A stretch of DNA of 64,000 bases, taken from Octopus vulgaris. Taxonomy: Eukaryota. Each line of letters begins with the position of its first letter. Positions within the stretch are counted from its first letter, which is position 1. A program made the translations under genes and the position numbers. The notes below the pieces were generated by a model. It did no database searches and was not told the DNA's origin. It saw nothing but the letters and a program-made list of their open reading frames with translations. The stretch is from assembly GCA_951406725.2 (NCBI GenBank), contig OX597818.1, forward strand, positions 48,112,001 to 48,176,000. The letters are read 5' to 3'. This document shows positions 1-14,064 of the stretch, piece by piece.

Positions 1-429
1 CGTCACAAATACAATCTGTAAGCGAAACAGTAAAAATATGCAAGATTTCTCTAAAGGCCATCTTGCAACATTTATCATTGTTGTTATCGATGGAGCTTTG
101 ATTCTTTGTTAGAAACCAGCTCCTTCCTTACCAGAAGAAGTCTAATAATTAAAAAGAAATGACTCAATTTCAAAATGGAATCAAAATACATTATTGAACA
201 GAAACAAATAATGAACAGCAAAGCGCTAACGGGGGCTGGAGGGTGGGGTACTACACTAGTAGAAGATGTTACTATTTGGGGACTGGGTACTTGTGAGAAG
301 TACAATGTACATGTTCTGAAAAAAGACATGGCAAAGCTCCAACGAAAGTTACTACTCTCTTCCTTCCGAACATCCCACATACATGTATATATGTACGTAC
401 GCATTCGCGCGTGTACACACACATAGACA

Positions 430-910
430 CACAAACAAACACATGCATTCATACATACTCCTTAGATGACCATGACCATCGCTGACAGGTTGACTCATAG
501 CTGATTGTTCCTATGAACGTGAGATCAACATTTGACTCATAAAACCCGGCGAGAGACTCGCCGAATTTACCGCAAAGACTGCAAACTAAATCCGTGTTTT
601 CTGCCTGACGATTAGGCCTCGCAGGTGGTGGACTATTATGGGTTTTCAAATGTCTCATGAGACTGGAGCGGTTCTGGCAGGCTTAACAACATACATCACA
701 GGTAAGCGAATCTGCAATAGCGAATTGAACATAATCTCTTTGTGGATTGTCTATGTGGTTCCTGACGTGATTTTGGAGTCTTGCATTTGACAGGCATATT
801 CGGCCACTCTCATAGCAAACAAACTGAGGAACAGCTAATACTTCTTCTTCTCCCTTGACTTTGCATGGGATAAGCGACATCCTTCGTGCATTTGTTTTCT
901 CCAATCGTTT
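430..910 (-). mobile_element. Degenerate LINE (RTE-like) 3' fragment with zinc-finger-like motifs
   Basis: DLVCSLCGKFGESLAG and VCYESGRICLSNARLQNHVRNH resemble C2H2-like C-termini of RTE ORFs; frameshifted. Confidence 0.5.
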
Positions 911-2810
911 CTTATTTCTTTACTACTCACAAGGGTAGACGGAAACTGAAAGAAGCCCGTCGTATATATGTACATATATATGTATGTATGTGTATGTGTG
1001 TATGTTTGTGTGTCTGTGTTTGTCCCCCCAACATTGCTTGACAACCGATGCTGGTGTGTTTACGTCCCCGTAACTTAGCGGTTCGGCAAAAGAGAACGAT
1101 AGAATAAGTACTAGGTTTACAAAGAATAAGTCCTGGGGTCGATTTGCTTGACTAAAGGTGGTGCTCCAGCATGGCCGCAGTCAAAATGACTGGAACAAGT
1201 AAAAGAATATATTGGTTGGCATGTATAAAAGGAAATATATGCATGTAAGTGTAGATGCCTGAAACAAGAGAAATCTATTTAAAACTGTTTCATCTTTTAA
1301 TGCTGACACTGAATTAGCCTCGCTGATTGACAGGTGACAGTCTCGTTTAGAGAATGCCTTCATTAGTCAGTTAAAGTTGAGACAGTGTCATGTGACAACT
1401 TGCTTGGGGCTGCCTGCTGGAGCCTAGCAGCAAGTATTTAAAGGGAAATTTGACAAGACAGTCAGTTGGCCGCTGACACTCGTTGACGCTACATCGAAGA
1501 GGCTAAGGAACAGAAGAAAGAAGACATGCACCCAACACCAGAGCTGAAAACATCTCCGAAAGGGGAGCCCCATCATGTCAAAACGGTAGAGGAGTAGGGG
1601 CTGAAACCGGACGTGGTTCCTCCTGATGATGTCTTGAGCCAACTGGATCCTATAAAGGAGCTGTTGTGGTAGCAGACCACGAAACACAGTTGAAATTCCT
1701 ACATCCAGCTCTGGAGGTAAACAAGACATTCAAGGAAAAACAGTTCCTTAGTATCATTCTATGAATAATTATATACTTCAAGCTGGGAGTATAAAATTAA
1801 CAAAACGTAATTTGAAAAATTAATGAAATTTTATTTGAAATAGATAAAATGTCTTGACTTTATAACAAGTCAGTACTCGTGTTTTCTAAACCAGTCCAAA
1901 ATTTGATCAAATGCATACCATCACATTTGTATACTTTTTTTAATTACATTATTAACAATAATTTAAAGGCAGTGTGCTGGCAGAATTGTTAGCACATCGG
2001 GTAACATGTTTGCTGGCATTTCATCTGTCTTTGTCTTCTGAGTTCAAATTCTGCAGTGGTAGACTTTGCCTTTTGTCCCTTCAGGGTCAATAAAATAAGT
2101 ACCAGTACCTAACTTAGCCGCTCCAACGAAATTGCTGGCCTTGTGCCAAAATTTGGGACCAATGTTAATAACAACTGAAATTTTTATGGAATTTTTTTGC
2201 ATTTTTTTTTTACATTTCATTAGTTCAGAGTACATATATACGTGTAAATATTTAATTATACATGTATAATACAAATTTATAATACAAATAAGAAAATGGA
2301 AAAATAAATTTGGTTTGTTCATCAACTTATGGATATTATAATGTTGGATTATTTATTCATTTTACAAATTAGAACATTAGAAGCATACAAGAATATTATA
2401 TAAATCAATAGATAATATAATAATACAAATACAGATTTTAAAAGTCATAGTATAAATTAATGAAATCCTAAAAATTACTTCTTACAGCTGTTTCAGCCTA
2501 TGGTCAAAAATAAATTAAATTTTCATTGCCTATAGATGTCAACAACCAAATTTGTTTCTCCATTTTCTTATTTGTATTATAAATTTACGGTAAAAATATT
2601 TCTTTACCTTCACCCGTTTAATGAAATAAATGACTTAATTGCATTGCAATTAAAAACATTTATGTATTAAGAATTTGGGTACTTTACCAACAGTATATTG
2701 GATAAATGATATCCCATAGTGGGTTACACCCATAACCCCTATCTTACTTTGTACTATAGTTATACATGTAAATATTTAATTTATATCATTATAATATTTA
2801 GTAGAAAATC

Positions 2811-3062
2811 TTATGTCCAAGGTAAAAAATTTGAGAAAGCTATAGTTCCAATGAAGCAATATGAAAGATAGTAAAAGATTATGAGTCTTGAAATATTATT
2901 GGATTTATTTGTTAGAATTTCTTGCATAATTCTGCAAAATCTATTTTTCTTCAAGGTGACACTTTCTTCATCTGCTGAGACGTCTTGTGTGTTTGTACTA
3001 ATAACATATGCCGAAAACCAGTAGACAAAAGGACAACTGGAAGCGATAAGTCTTGTAAGTAC
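2811..3062 (-). CDS. PIGV: PIGV last coding exon (VLTRLIASSCPFVYWF...FSNFLPWT*)
   Basis: ttgcag acceptor; conserved PIG-V C-terminus NFLPWT; TAA at 2811-2813. Spliced product about 496 aa. Confidence 0.95.
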   Translation of the reverse strand, partial: VLTRLIASSCPFVYWFSAYVISTNTQDVSADEESVTLKKNRFCRIMQEILTNKSNNISRLIIFYYLSYCFIGTIAFSNFLPWT

Positions 3063-3227
3063 CTGCAACAAGAAAATATTCTTCATATATTTTATATCTA
3101 ACAAGACAACAATTATTCATTTACAATATTTCTAGAGAGAGGCTTTACATATAGTCTTTGCTTCAAATTAGAAAAGAGCTAAATAAAAAGTGAAATATAT
3201 TTAATCAGTATTATATTTAACCCTTTG

Positions 3228-3473
3228 TGGAGGCATGTGGCTTAGTGGCTAGGGTGTTGAACTCATGATTGTAAGGTTGTGGTTTCGATTCCTGGACCGG
3301 GCAATGCGTTGTGTTCTTGAGCAAAACACTTCATTTCATGTTGCTCCAGTCCACTCAGCCGGCAAAAATGAGTAATCCTGCAGTGGACTGGCATCCCGTC
3401 CAGGTGGAGAATTTCTACGCCACTGAAACCGGGAAACCGGCCCTTATGAGCCTGGCATGGCTCGAGAAGGAAC
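3228..3473 (+). mobile_element. tRNA-derived SINE family D (other copies about 12599-12905 +, 13380-13690 +, 16151-16457 -)
   Basis: Head with A-box (TGGCTTAGTGG) and B-box-like GTTTCGATTCC; shared tail gagcctggc..ggct.ga.aagg. Confidence 0.75.
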
Positions 3474-3840
3474 ATTATATTTAACCCTTTAGCATTCAGA
3501 TTACTTTGTCAAATGTAATGTTTATTTATTCACATTGTTTTGAATTAACCAGGCATTATCTTGTGGCTTCAAGATTTCAAAGATGAGATTATTTATTTTT
3601 AGAATGACATTGTAGGATAGATACAAGAGGCTGGATCTGGCCAGTTTGAACATAAAACAGGTAGAATATTTGGGTCTGATAGGACCAGTTTAAATGCTAA
3701 AGGGACAAATTTAACAATTACTAGAATATGAACCAACAATTTTCGATCATTTTCTACTTTCATCAATCATCAATATCTCAGAACATAGATTCAGAAGGTT
3801 GAATTATATATATGTCTGTGTGTTTGTTTACAATCATATA

Positions 3841-4254
3841 TAGGCGCAGGAGTGGCTGTGTGGTAAGTAGCTTGCTAACCAACCACATGGTTTCGGGTTC
3901 AGTCCCACTGCGTGGCATCTTGGGCAAATGTCTTCTGCTATAGCCTCGGGCCGACCAAAGCCTTGTGAGTGGATTTGGTAGACGGAAACTGAAAGAAGCC
4001 TGTCGTATATATATATATGTATGTGTATGTTTGTGTGTCTGTGTTTGTCCCCCTAGCATTGCTTGACAACCGATGCTGGTGTGTTTACGTCCCCGTCACT
4101 TAGCGGTTCGGCAAAAAGAGACCGATAGAATAAGTACCAGGCTTACAAAGAATAAGTCCCGGGGTCGATTTGCTCGATTAAAGGCGGTGCTCCAGCATGG
4201 CCGCAGTCAAATGACTGAAACAAGTAAAAGAGTAAAAAAAGAGAGTAAAGAGAG
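3841..4254 (+). mobile_element. tRNA-derived SINE family A, full length (copies near 923, 7465, 11308, 20085, 24365, 28820, 33690, 34463, 55540, 58155, 59282, 59815, 60680)
   Basis: Head GGAGTGGCTGTGTGGTAAG...GGTTCAGTCCC, central TA/TG microsatellite, tail CAGCATGGCCGCAGTCAAATGACTGAAACAAGTAAAAGAG; many copies in both orientations. Confidence 0.9.
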
Positions 4255-4676
4255 AGTGTGCTATTGTCAAAATCACTTTAAGAATAAAAAACACTAATAA
4301 AACTAGCTGATATTATAATTTACACTACACTAACTTCTATTCTCTCACCTACTGAGCATTTACTTATGCATTGCTTCACGATTTCTATGTAATTTATCAC
4401 AAAGTTTGCTTGCCCAAGATATTACACAGTGAAACTCAACCCTAGCCAAGTAATTGGAAAAAAAAATTTTTTGACCATTCTAACTACACAGCATCTTCTA
4501 CTTTCTGTCCTCTTTTCACTTTCATTTAGAGAGAATTTCGTTTTGAAACTCTACAATGGTTATTTTCAGCACCTAGTATATCATTCTTAAAAAAATTTTT
4601 AATACTATTCCTAAAATAATCCTAGATGGTTATTTCACTTAATGTACACAGAACAGTAGATTAAAATATTTCTTAC

Positions 4677-5846
4677 CTGTACATGAATACAAAAAAATCC
4701 ATATATTGTAAAAAATAGCATTTGTGCACCAAACACGAAAATTTGCATATTAGAGAAACCATATTTCATGGCTTTTGGATTTGATGATATTTGACTTCTT
4801 CTGGGAATTGTCAGTCCTAAGAATAAGCAGTGACTTCTCTGTAATTTAAAATATGTATAGCAAGAAGCTAAACAAAGACAAATCATTGGTGAAGCCAGTA
4901 GAAAGTTAGGGATTTGTTTCCAGTGAAAATAACTAAGGAAACCTGTATTCCAATAATGGTTTTGAATAAATAAATATGAAATGGGAAGATTGTAATGACA
5001 CCATTCTGAAACATTGGTAGAATTATCTGGAAATTTAAAGCCCATTTCATGTCCATATTTAGTTACATGAATGTCAAAAGGAGTTTTTATTAAGTGGTCC
5101 TTTGGGTCATTTGGTTTACAATAGAGAAGAAAAGTATATAACTGGTATAAGAAAAATGGAGTCACAAGAATTATGATTTGGATGATTGTAAATATAAAGT
5201 TTTTTAGATGCTCTTTCATCATAAACAGCATCTTTTGGGATGAAAAGATAATATTTAAACATTTTTGTGAAAACCAATGGAAGATAAATCCAAGAGCTAC
5301 TATACCATTTGAACGTGTTAAGGCACTAAAACCAAATAATAAAGCAGCATATATCGGTCTTCGTTTCAGGTGTAAAAGCATTCCGGTGAAAGAAAGGAAA
5401 CTGAATAGGCTTTCAGAATATGGAGCCATGAAAAAGACTGAAGCTGGAGAAAGGATGTATAATAATGCTGCTTTGAAAGCCAACGGTTGGCTCCCTGTTG
5501 CTTCTTTTCCTAAGTTGTATAATGCAAGAGATGAAAGAACAGAAAATAGCATGTTGAGAGAAACAGAAGTTAATAGAAGGAGTCTTGAAAAACTGAAGAT
5601 AAAATAGAAAGGGAAATAGATGCAGGATGAAAATATATAAACTGTGAGAGGGAAAAGTGGGAAAAATGCTAAACAGTTTTCGTAAGTGTAGCCATGGTTG
5701 GCAATATGCAGAAAGTAAATGGCATCCCAGCGTCTTAAACCTCCGAAAAGTTTATCAATGAGAGAATCAAACATCCCGGAACTTTCTGGAAAGGGAGAGT
5801 TAAAAACGCCGGCATCATGGTCAGGAAGTATTTCATTTGAAATCAT
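4677..5846 (-). CDS. PIGV: PIGV coding exon 2 (390 codons), GPI mannosyltransferase II
   Basis: ORF 4635-5876 carries PIG-V motifs PDHDA, RWDAIYF, GYTYE..AFFPLFP, PASVFFMAPYSESLF, RSNG, YWNTGFLSYF..KQIPNFLLASP. Poly-T ccag acceptor at 5847-5848; CAG|GTAAGA donor at 4676. Confidence 0.96.
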
Positions 5847-6016
5847 CTGGAAAAAAAAAAAGGATAGATTATACATACATATATGTCATGACACAGAAAT
5901 GCAAATAATTGTGAAAACAGCACCAATAGCAATTATACACACACACACATATATATATACATACATGCACACGCATACTCTTGCACATGTTCAATTCTAA
6001 GTAAAATTATCTGTAA

Positions 6017-6520
6017 CTAGCAGTATCGCCCGGCGTTGCTCGGGTTTGTAAGGGAAATAACTATATAAGCATTTTCAGAGAGTTACTTCCCTTATAGATA
6101 CCAATTCGGGCTTTCTTAGCCATTTCTGTTTTGGTGTCTTCAAGCCATGAAGTCGTTGTTATAAAAGAACGCTGATCTCCTTGACAACGCATTACGACGT
6201 TGATTTCTTTACACTCCCTTCCCCACAGCTTCACGAGGGAGGGAAGAAGCAAACAGGTGCAGGTGTGACCGTGGATGCCAACTCCGCCACCATTGACACA
6301 CGAAAGATTATGCATTAAAATGGAATAAAAAATGATGTTAAATTATTTTTAAAATCGTAGACTCATCGTAGACGCGCGCTAATACTCAGACGGGCTCGAT
6401 ATGAATCACGACTATAAGATACCCGAATTTGGTTAAACTGCACCGCAAAATGTGGGAGGAGTTAGGAATCTAAATCGAAGGGGACAGACACTCACACAAC
6501 TAGAGTTTTATATATATAGA
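6017..6520 (-). mobile_element. Non-autonomous Helitron
   Basis: Minus strand starts A|TCTATATATATAAAA and ends with hairpin CCCGAGCAACGCCGGG then CTAG|T: 5'-TC, subterminal hairpin, CTRR end, AT target. Confidence 0.8.
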
Positions 6521-6636
6521 TGTGAGAGCCAGAGTTATCTGGTCTTCCTGCACCAGTCTTTTCATTTGTCCCTCTGTATCAACTCTTGTCACCACAACTT
6601 CACCTATCACCTAACTCATCACAAGATTTTCTCAGT

Positions 6637-7232
6637 TTATTATTTCTTTATTGCCCACGAGGGGCTAAACATAGAGGGGACAAACAAGGACAAAGGGATT
6701 AAGTCGATTAGATCGACCCCAGTGTGTAACTGGTACTTAATTTATCAACCCCGAAAGGATGAAAGGCAAAGTCGACCTCGGGAGAATTTGAACTCAGAAC
6801 GTAATGGCAGACGAAATACCTATTTCTTTACTACCCACAAGGGGCTAAACATAGAGAGGACAAACAAGGACAAAGGGATTAAGTCGATGAGATCGACCCC
6901 AGTGCATAACTGGTATTTAATTTATCGACCCCTAAAGGATGAAAGGCAAAGTCGACCTCGGGAGAATTTGAACTCAGAACGTAACAGCAGACGAAATACC
7001 TATTTCTTTACTACCCACAAAGGGCTAAACACAGAGGAGACAAACAAGGACAGACAGACGGATTAAGTCTATTACATCGACCCCAATGCGTAACTGATAC
7101 TTATTTAATTGACCCAGAAAGGATGAAAGGCAAAGTCGACCTCGGCGGAATTTGAACTCAGAACGTAATGGCAGAGGAAATACCACTAATCATTTCGCCC
7201 GGCGTGCTAATGTTTCTGCCAGCTCGTTGCCT
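6637..7232 (-). mobile_element. SINE family B with a tandemly repeated ~180-bp internal unit (copies near 1967, 15552, 17528, 20935, 30948, 36620, 41060, 43058, 49076)
   Basis: Head GGCGAGCTGGCAGAAACGTTAGCACGCCGGG...GAGTTCAAATTC and core GACTTTGCCTTTCATCCTTTCGGGGTCGATAAATTAAGTACCAG repeated across the window. Confidence 0.85.
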
Positions 7233-7711
7233 TTTTCTCAGCTTTCTCAGTTTGTGTAGAGCCACATCAACTGTGATAGATTCATAGAGTGGTATTGAAT
7301 AAGGTCAGCTTAGCTGGATTTGTTTGTAGAAAGATTTGCTGCTTAATTTTCTCTCAAATAATTCCAAATAGTTAAGTACATTGACCTTTGTGAACTGCAG
7401 AATTGGTATAAACAATAAACTGATATTCTAACTCTTCTAATATTCAATAAAACACACACACATCCATGGCTGTGTGGATATGGAGTTCACTTTCAAGCCA
7501 AGTGGTTTCAAGTTCTATCTTATGGCATGGCACCTTGGGCAAGTGTCTTCTACTTTAGCCTCAGACTGACCAAAGCATTGTGAGTGGATTTGGTATGTTT
7601 GTGTATCTGTGCTTGTCCCCCCAACGTCGCTTGACAACCGATGCTGGTGTATTTATGTCCCCTGTAACTTAGCAGTTTGGCACAAGAGACTGATAGAATA
7701 AGTGAGTGTAG

Positions 7712-8174
7712 TGGGTGCTTTTTACGTGCCACCTGCACAGGTGCCAGACAGAACTGGCAAACGGCCACGAACGGATGGTGCTTTTACGTGCTACCGGCAC
7801 GGGGGCCAGGCGAGGCTGGCAACGGACACGAACGGATGGTGCTTTTACGTGCTACCGGCACGGGGGCCAGGCGAGGCTGGCAACGGACACGAACGGATGG
7901 TGCTTTTACGTGCTACCGGCACGGGGGCCAGGCAAGGCTGGCAACAGACACGAGCGGATGGTGCTTTTACGTGCTACCGGCACGGGGGCCAGGCGAGGCT
8001 GGCAACGGACACGAACGGATGGTGCTTTTACGTGCCAACGGCACGGGGGCCAGGCGAGGCTGGCAACGGACACGAACGAATGGTGCTTTTACGTGCTACC
8101 AGCACGGGGGCCAGGCGAGGCTGGCGATGGACACGAGCGGATGGTGCTTTTACGTGCCAACGGCACGGGGGCCA
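7712..8174. repeat. 61-bp GC-rich minisatellite (about 7 units) derived from SINE family C
   Basis: Unit GTGCTTTTACGTGCTACCGGCACGGGGGCCAGGCGAGGCTGGCAACGGACACGAACGGATG; explains three overlapping periodic ORFs. Confidence 0.92.
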
Positions 8175-8178
8175 GATA

Positions 8179-9754
8179 TTAGGCTATCAGGAAAGTTCTG
8201 AGCATTTTTTTAATATGCAAAAAGGTATATAAATAATTGACCTTTCAATAAATCTTATTCACTGAAATAATTTCCATTATTATTAATGACCTTTGTCCAT
8301 CTATCAGGCAATTGAAATATTCCATCAGCATAAAATTTGACTGGTTTTGATGGAAAAAAGTCCATCTAGATACATTTTGAATCCATATTTTTCACTGCAA
8401 TAGGTTCTGTAGAGACAAAAACAAGTGGAAGCCAAATGGTGCAATATCTGGAGAATATGGTGGATGGGGTAAGGGATCTCAGCCAAGTTCCTGTAACTTT
8501 GTTCAGGTAGTCAAAGACACACCTGGTCAGGCATTGTCTTGTTGGAACACTACCCGCTTCTTGTTGGCAATCTCTGGCTACAATTAAAAATTTTTTGGGG
8601 GTTCAAATTAGCCAGCTGGCAACAGTACACATCAGAATTAATTGTCTGGTTTCGTGGGAGGATCATCGTTCATCGTTTAACGTCCGCTTTCCATGCTAGC
8701 ATGGGTTGGGTTTGACTGGGGTCTGGGAAGCCAGGAGGCTGCGCCAGACCCAGTCTGATCTAGCAGTGTTTCTATGGCTAGATGCCCTTCCTAATGCCAA
8801 CCACTCCGTGAGTGTAGTGGGTGCTTTTTACGTGCCACCAGCACAGGTGCCAGGCGAGGCTGGCAACGGCCACGATCGGTTGGAGCTTTTTACATGCCAC
8901 CGGCACGGAGGCCAGTCGGGACAGTGCTGGCAACGGCCACGTCCGGATGGTTCTTTTACATGCCACCGGCACTGGTATCACAAAAAAAATGCACTTATGA
9001 TCCCACTAAACACAAAGCATAGTTTTTTGGCACAGATATGCATTTTTGGTTGTTGTTTTGGGGACCCTTATGCAAACTCCAGGATCATTTCTACACTACC
9101 GTTTCATACACAATCCATTTTTCGTCTCCTGTTACAAGTTGTTATAAAAATGGCATGCTTTCATTCTATTTCAAAAGCATATCACAAACAGAATACCAGT
9201 CCAAGCAATTATTTTCTGAGAGTTTATGAGGGACCCATACATTAGAGTGAGAAATGTATCCTCGCTTCACTAGGTTTGCATGAGCCATACTTTTAGAAAC
9301 TTTGCAAGTTCTCTAGTTGTGATATTTGAATTTTCTTCAATTTTTGCCTTCAAAACATCTTCATTTCAATTTTGAAGGTCTTCCACTGTGACTGTGATCT
9401 TCCAAGATAAACTCTCCAGCTTTAAATTCTGCAAACCACTTTTGAACAGTTGATTCGCCTACAGCATCATTACCATAAAGTTCACAAATGTTTTTGCAAG
9501 TCTTTGCAGCATTTTCTCTGATTTTAAAAGAGAAAAGCATTACAACGCAAATAGGAAATTCTTGGTTATCCACTTCAAATGTCAATAAAGGGTAACCAGA
9601 ATGAAAGATAAATCTATTTTTAGTCAGGAACAAAGAAGAGATGCACTACCATTTCAAGCAATACCAAAGTTTTAACTGTGTTACATTTCAGGTGTGTTCA
9701 ATAAGTGTTAAAAGATTTAGCTTAAAAACGGTCAGAACTTTCTAAACAACCTAA
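8179..9754 (-). mobile_element. Degenerate mariner transposon interrupted by a SINE (about 8663-8980)
   Basis: TIRs TTAGGCTATCAGGAAAGTTCTG / CAGAACTTTCTAAACAACCTAA with TA flanks. Minus strand encodes HTH region ICELYGNDAVGESTVQKWFAEFKAG..SGRP and HPPYSPDIAP near 8440-8470. Confidence 0.85.
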
Positions 9755-9825
9755 TATATATACATACATTCTTGGAAATGGATGCGTCGCATTCAATTAA
9801 ATAATAAATAGTAAATAATATATAA

Positions 9826-9887
<62 letters not shown>

Positions 9888-12800
9888 GTGTCGGTGGCAC
9901 ATAAAATCACCCACTACACTCTCGGAGTGGTTGGCGTTAGGAAGGGCATCCAGCTGTAGAAACACTGCCAGATCTGACTGGCCTGGTGCAGCCTTCGGGC
10001 TCCCCAGACCCCAGTTGAACCGTCCAACCCATGCTAGCATGGAAAGCGGATGTTAAACGATGATGATGATGATGATATATATATATATATGAACGGAGAT
10101 GTGTCGATAGATGCTTGAACGGAGATGTGTCGATGTGTGCTGCATCCAAGAAAGTGGAGAGGAGGCAAAGAACACAGGTACATGATTTTCTGGGCAGGAA
10201 ACACTGACAGGGTTGGGAGCATGGGTATACTTCTTGTGGGGAAATGGGTAGATAAGGTAATCGAGGTAGTCAGAGTATGCGACAGAATACTTAAGATTAG
10301 ATTAGTGCTTCATCATGGGTTAGCAACCATTATCTTGGTGATTCATTTGACAAAGGTAGTAGAGAGCCAATCCGATGATAAATCTGACCTTGGATCTTGA
10401 AAGTTTGCATGAATCCTGGCTCAGTTAAATCTCTTGTGGCTCCAAATGATGTCAACTGTAGCACAGCACAGAATTGTCTAATTTTGTTTTGGAAGTGCAC
10501 ATTAAATTACTCACTGGACTCATTGCTGATTTTCACTGATTTTCATGTCCAGTGAAGGAAAGGTATGCATAAGTGGGCTGGTTACACTCCTGGCATAGAC
10601 CACAAGGTTTATGGTCTCACTTGAGCTTGCCGAGTCTTCTCAAGCACAGCATATTTCCAAAGGTCCCGGTTACAAGCCATTGCCTCGGTGAGGCCCAAAG
10701 TTCGAAGGTCGTGCTTCACCACCTCATCTCAGGAGCTATTTATCTACCTTCACTTTGCTTAGCAACACCAAAAGGACTCTATCAGAGTTTTCTTCACACC
10801 GATGAGTGCTAAAGGTAGGGGCTTACTCCTAACTAAATACTCCTCTTGCAGCTGGGTCACTGAAAATACGACATCTCTTTCTAGGACAAAGTTGAAATGA
10901 ATCTCAATCAAGCTAATCCTGTTCCTACCCAGTTTTGCAAAAACCTTTCATAACCTGATCCAACAATTTGATGCCTTGGTAGTTTTCTCCTCTAAGGTGT
11001 CTCCCTTGGCCCTTTTAGCAGTTTCAATTAGCATTGTTTTGATAGTCACTGAATATGACACATTCCTGCATGACTTGACTATTCAAATAACTAGTCTGTA
11101 CCCTACATTGCTTCATATTTTATGCACCTCAGTGACCCTCCTGATGAATCAGCTGGTTTTCCTACATTCACGTCCTTAACCCTTTAGTGTTCAGATTATT
11201 CTGTTAAATGTAATACTTTTTCACTCAAATTGTTTTGAATTAATTATGCATGATCTTATAGCTTTGAAGTTTCAATGATGTGATTGTTTATTTTTAGAAT
11301 GTCAATGTAGGCGCAGGAGTGGCTGTGTGGTAAGTAGCTTGTTTACCAACCACATGGTTCCGGGTTCAGTCCCACTGCGTGGCACCTTGGGCAAGTGTCT
11401 TCTACTATAGCCTCGGGCCAGCCGAAGCCTTGTGAGTGGATTTGGTAGACGGAAACTGAAAGAAGCCTGTCGTATATATGTATATATATATATATGCGTG
11501 TGTGTGCTTGTCCCCCTAGCATTGCTTGACAACCGATGTTGGTGTGTTTATGTCCCCGTTCGGCAAGAGAGTCCGATAGAATAAGTACTGGGCTTACAAA
11601 AGAATAAGTCCCGAGTTGCTCGATTAAAGGCGGTGCTCCAGCATGGCTGCAGTCAAATGACTGAAACAAGTAAAAGAGTAGGTTAGGTGTGAGAGGCTGG
11701 ATCTGGCCAGTTTGAATATAAAACTTGTAGAATACTTTGGGCTGGATATGGCCGGTTTAAACACTAAAGGGTTAATCACTCAACTAAAAGTGGTGCTCCA
11801 GCATGGCAAAACTGAAAAATTTAATAAACATAGGCGTAGAAGTGGCTGTGTGGTAAGTAGCTTGTTTACCAACCACATGGTTCCGGGTTCAGTCCCACTG
11901 AATAAAGGGTTAATCACTCTATCAACTACATTACTGTCAATTTGGCTGGCTGTCCCTCTTCTGAGTTTACTTGGGGTAGACTCTCTCTCTCCCATCAAAA
12001 GCCTCTCATTGAAACACTTTCATACCTCTTTCATCTAGCATCGGTGAGAGCAACTGTGCAGCTATCATTCTGTATACACTTCCCCCGTTGACATCTTTTC
12101 TTTTGTCCACTGCTTAGCTACCTGGAAAATCTCACTTCTAGTCCTCACATCACAGAACATAAGCAACATCTTCCTTTCTCCTACATATACATGACATCTA
12201 GTTTCTCTTCTAGCTTTTGATCTTTTTCTCTTCCACCTGCTTTCTTCCAGTTTTCCCAAGCTTGGCTCTTAGTAGTTATGACTCTGTCTACAATATTGTT
12301 CCAACACCATGTTTCCTTGTGTTTATCCAAAACCTTGCAGCAGCCACAAATGTGGACTATAGCCCTCGGCAGATTGTGTAGTAAAAACTACCAATTTTGC
12401 TTCCATTATTAGTCTCTCTCATAATACCTACATAACCCCTGAAATAAGTATCAGTTATTACCTTTCTTGAAACCCCTACAATAAGTTTTAGTAAATACCA
12501 GTAGAGGGTTGTATCAGCTTCCATGTCTTTCTTTTCCAAATCCTGTTTTGATCCTTATTAAGAGTAGCTAACATTTTGAAGTCACTAGCCACTTATCTGT
12601 GGAGGCGCAATGGCCCAACAGTTAGGGCAGTCGACTCGCAGTTGGAGGATCGAGGTTTCGATTCCCAGACCACGTGTTGTGTGTGTTTATTGAGCAAAAA
12701 CACTTAAAGCTCCACGAGGCTCCGGCAGGGAGTGGTGGCAACCCCTGTTGTTCTCTTTCACCCCAACTTTCTCTCACTCTTTCTTCCTTTTTCTTGAGTA

Positions 12801-14008
12801 ATGCTGCGATGGACTGGCGTCCTGTCCAGCTGGGGGGAATACATATGCCATAGAAACTGGGCCCATGAGCCTGGCTAGGCTTGAAAAGGGTGCATAAATA
12901 AAATAAAACCACTTATCTATGTTGAGTAGTACATTCTTTATCTGGGAAAAGCGTGGCACTTACAGTCATTAACCTATGGTGTTTCCTGGTATGAATAAGG
13001 GACTGTAATCTCACTTCTAGCACCATGGGTAAGTGTCTTCTACTATAGCCTTAGGCCAACCAAAGCTTTGTGAGTGGATTTGGTAGACGGAAACTGAAAG
13101 AAGCCATGTTGATCATGATAATGTTATTTTTATGTTGTGCAATGATCACGAGCAAGTTATTGAATATTTAAGAGGGATGGATTTCTTTTCTTTTTGAGTT
13201 AAAAGAAAAAAATTCAATTTAAAAAATGTTTCATCAAAATAATTCTCATCTCCAACTTTGAAAACATATCTCTGCAAAAGACATTTTAAAAAAATGTAAG
13301 GAAGCAAAATCTCAAGAATTGGAGTACTGAATCTTTGACAAAGACAATATACGCCATGGAAACTGGTTAGGCTTTAAAAGGGCGCAATGGCCCAGTGGTT
13401 AGGGCAGCGGACTCGCGGTCGGAAGATCGCTGTTTCGATTCGCAGACTGGGCGTTGTGTGTGTTTATTGAGCGAAAACACCTAAAGCTCCACAAGGCTCT
13501 GGCGACCCCTGTTGTACTCTTTCGTCCCAACTTTCTCTCAATCTCTCTTCCTGTTTCTTGAGTAATGCTGCGATGGATTGGCGTCCCGTCCAGCTGGGGG
13601 GGGGGGGGGGGGCACATACGCCACAGAAACCGGGAAACCGGGCCCACGAGCCTGGCTAGGCTTGAAAAGGGCGCATAAAAAAAAATAAATAAAACTTATT
13701 TTAAAGATGAAAGGCAAAGTCAACCCCGGTGGAATTTGAACTCAAGACGTAAAGTCGGAAGAAATGCCGTTAAGCTCCCCTTATTTTTTCCGGCACCATA
13801 GCGATTCTGGCAGTTTGTTATCCCTCGGGCAAAGGCAATATTAAAAGTTATAAGAAAATGTTGAAATATGGAGTTATCTCCCTTTACATTTTATTATTAG
13901 TACACAACGATTATAGTCGTCAATACAGTAATCCCTTGACTATCGCTGGTGTTACGTTCCAAAACCCCCGCGATTGGTGAAAATCCACGAAGTAGAAACA
14001 ATACTGTA

Positions 14009-14064
<56 letters not shown>

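Noticed and set aside
3841-3915. SINE heads as tRNA genes
   Set aside because: A/B boxes are present but there is no full cloverleaf, and they run directly into SINE bodies.
4635-5876. Single-exon 413-aa PIGV as given by the ORF track
   Set aside because: Both ORF ends are intronic read-through; splice sites and the missing N- and C-terminal parts are found in exons at 22.9 kb and 2.8-3.1 kb.
5173-6000. Plus-strand ORFs of 144 and 93 aa
   Set aside because: Antisense shadows of PIGV exon 2.
7677-8232. CRISPR-like array or repeat protein
   Set aside because: Tandem units without unique spacers, eukaryotic context, SINE-derived.
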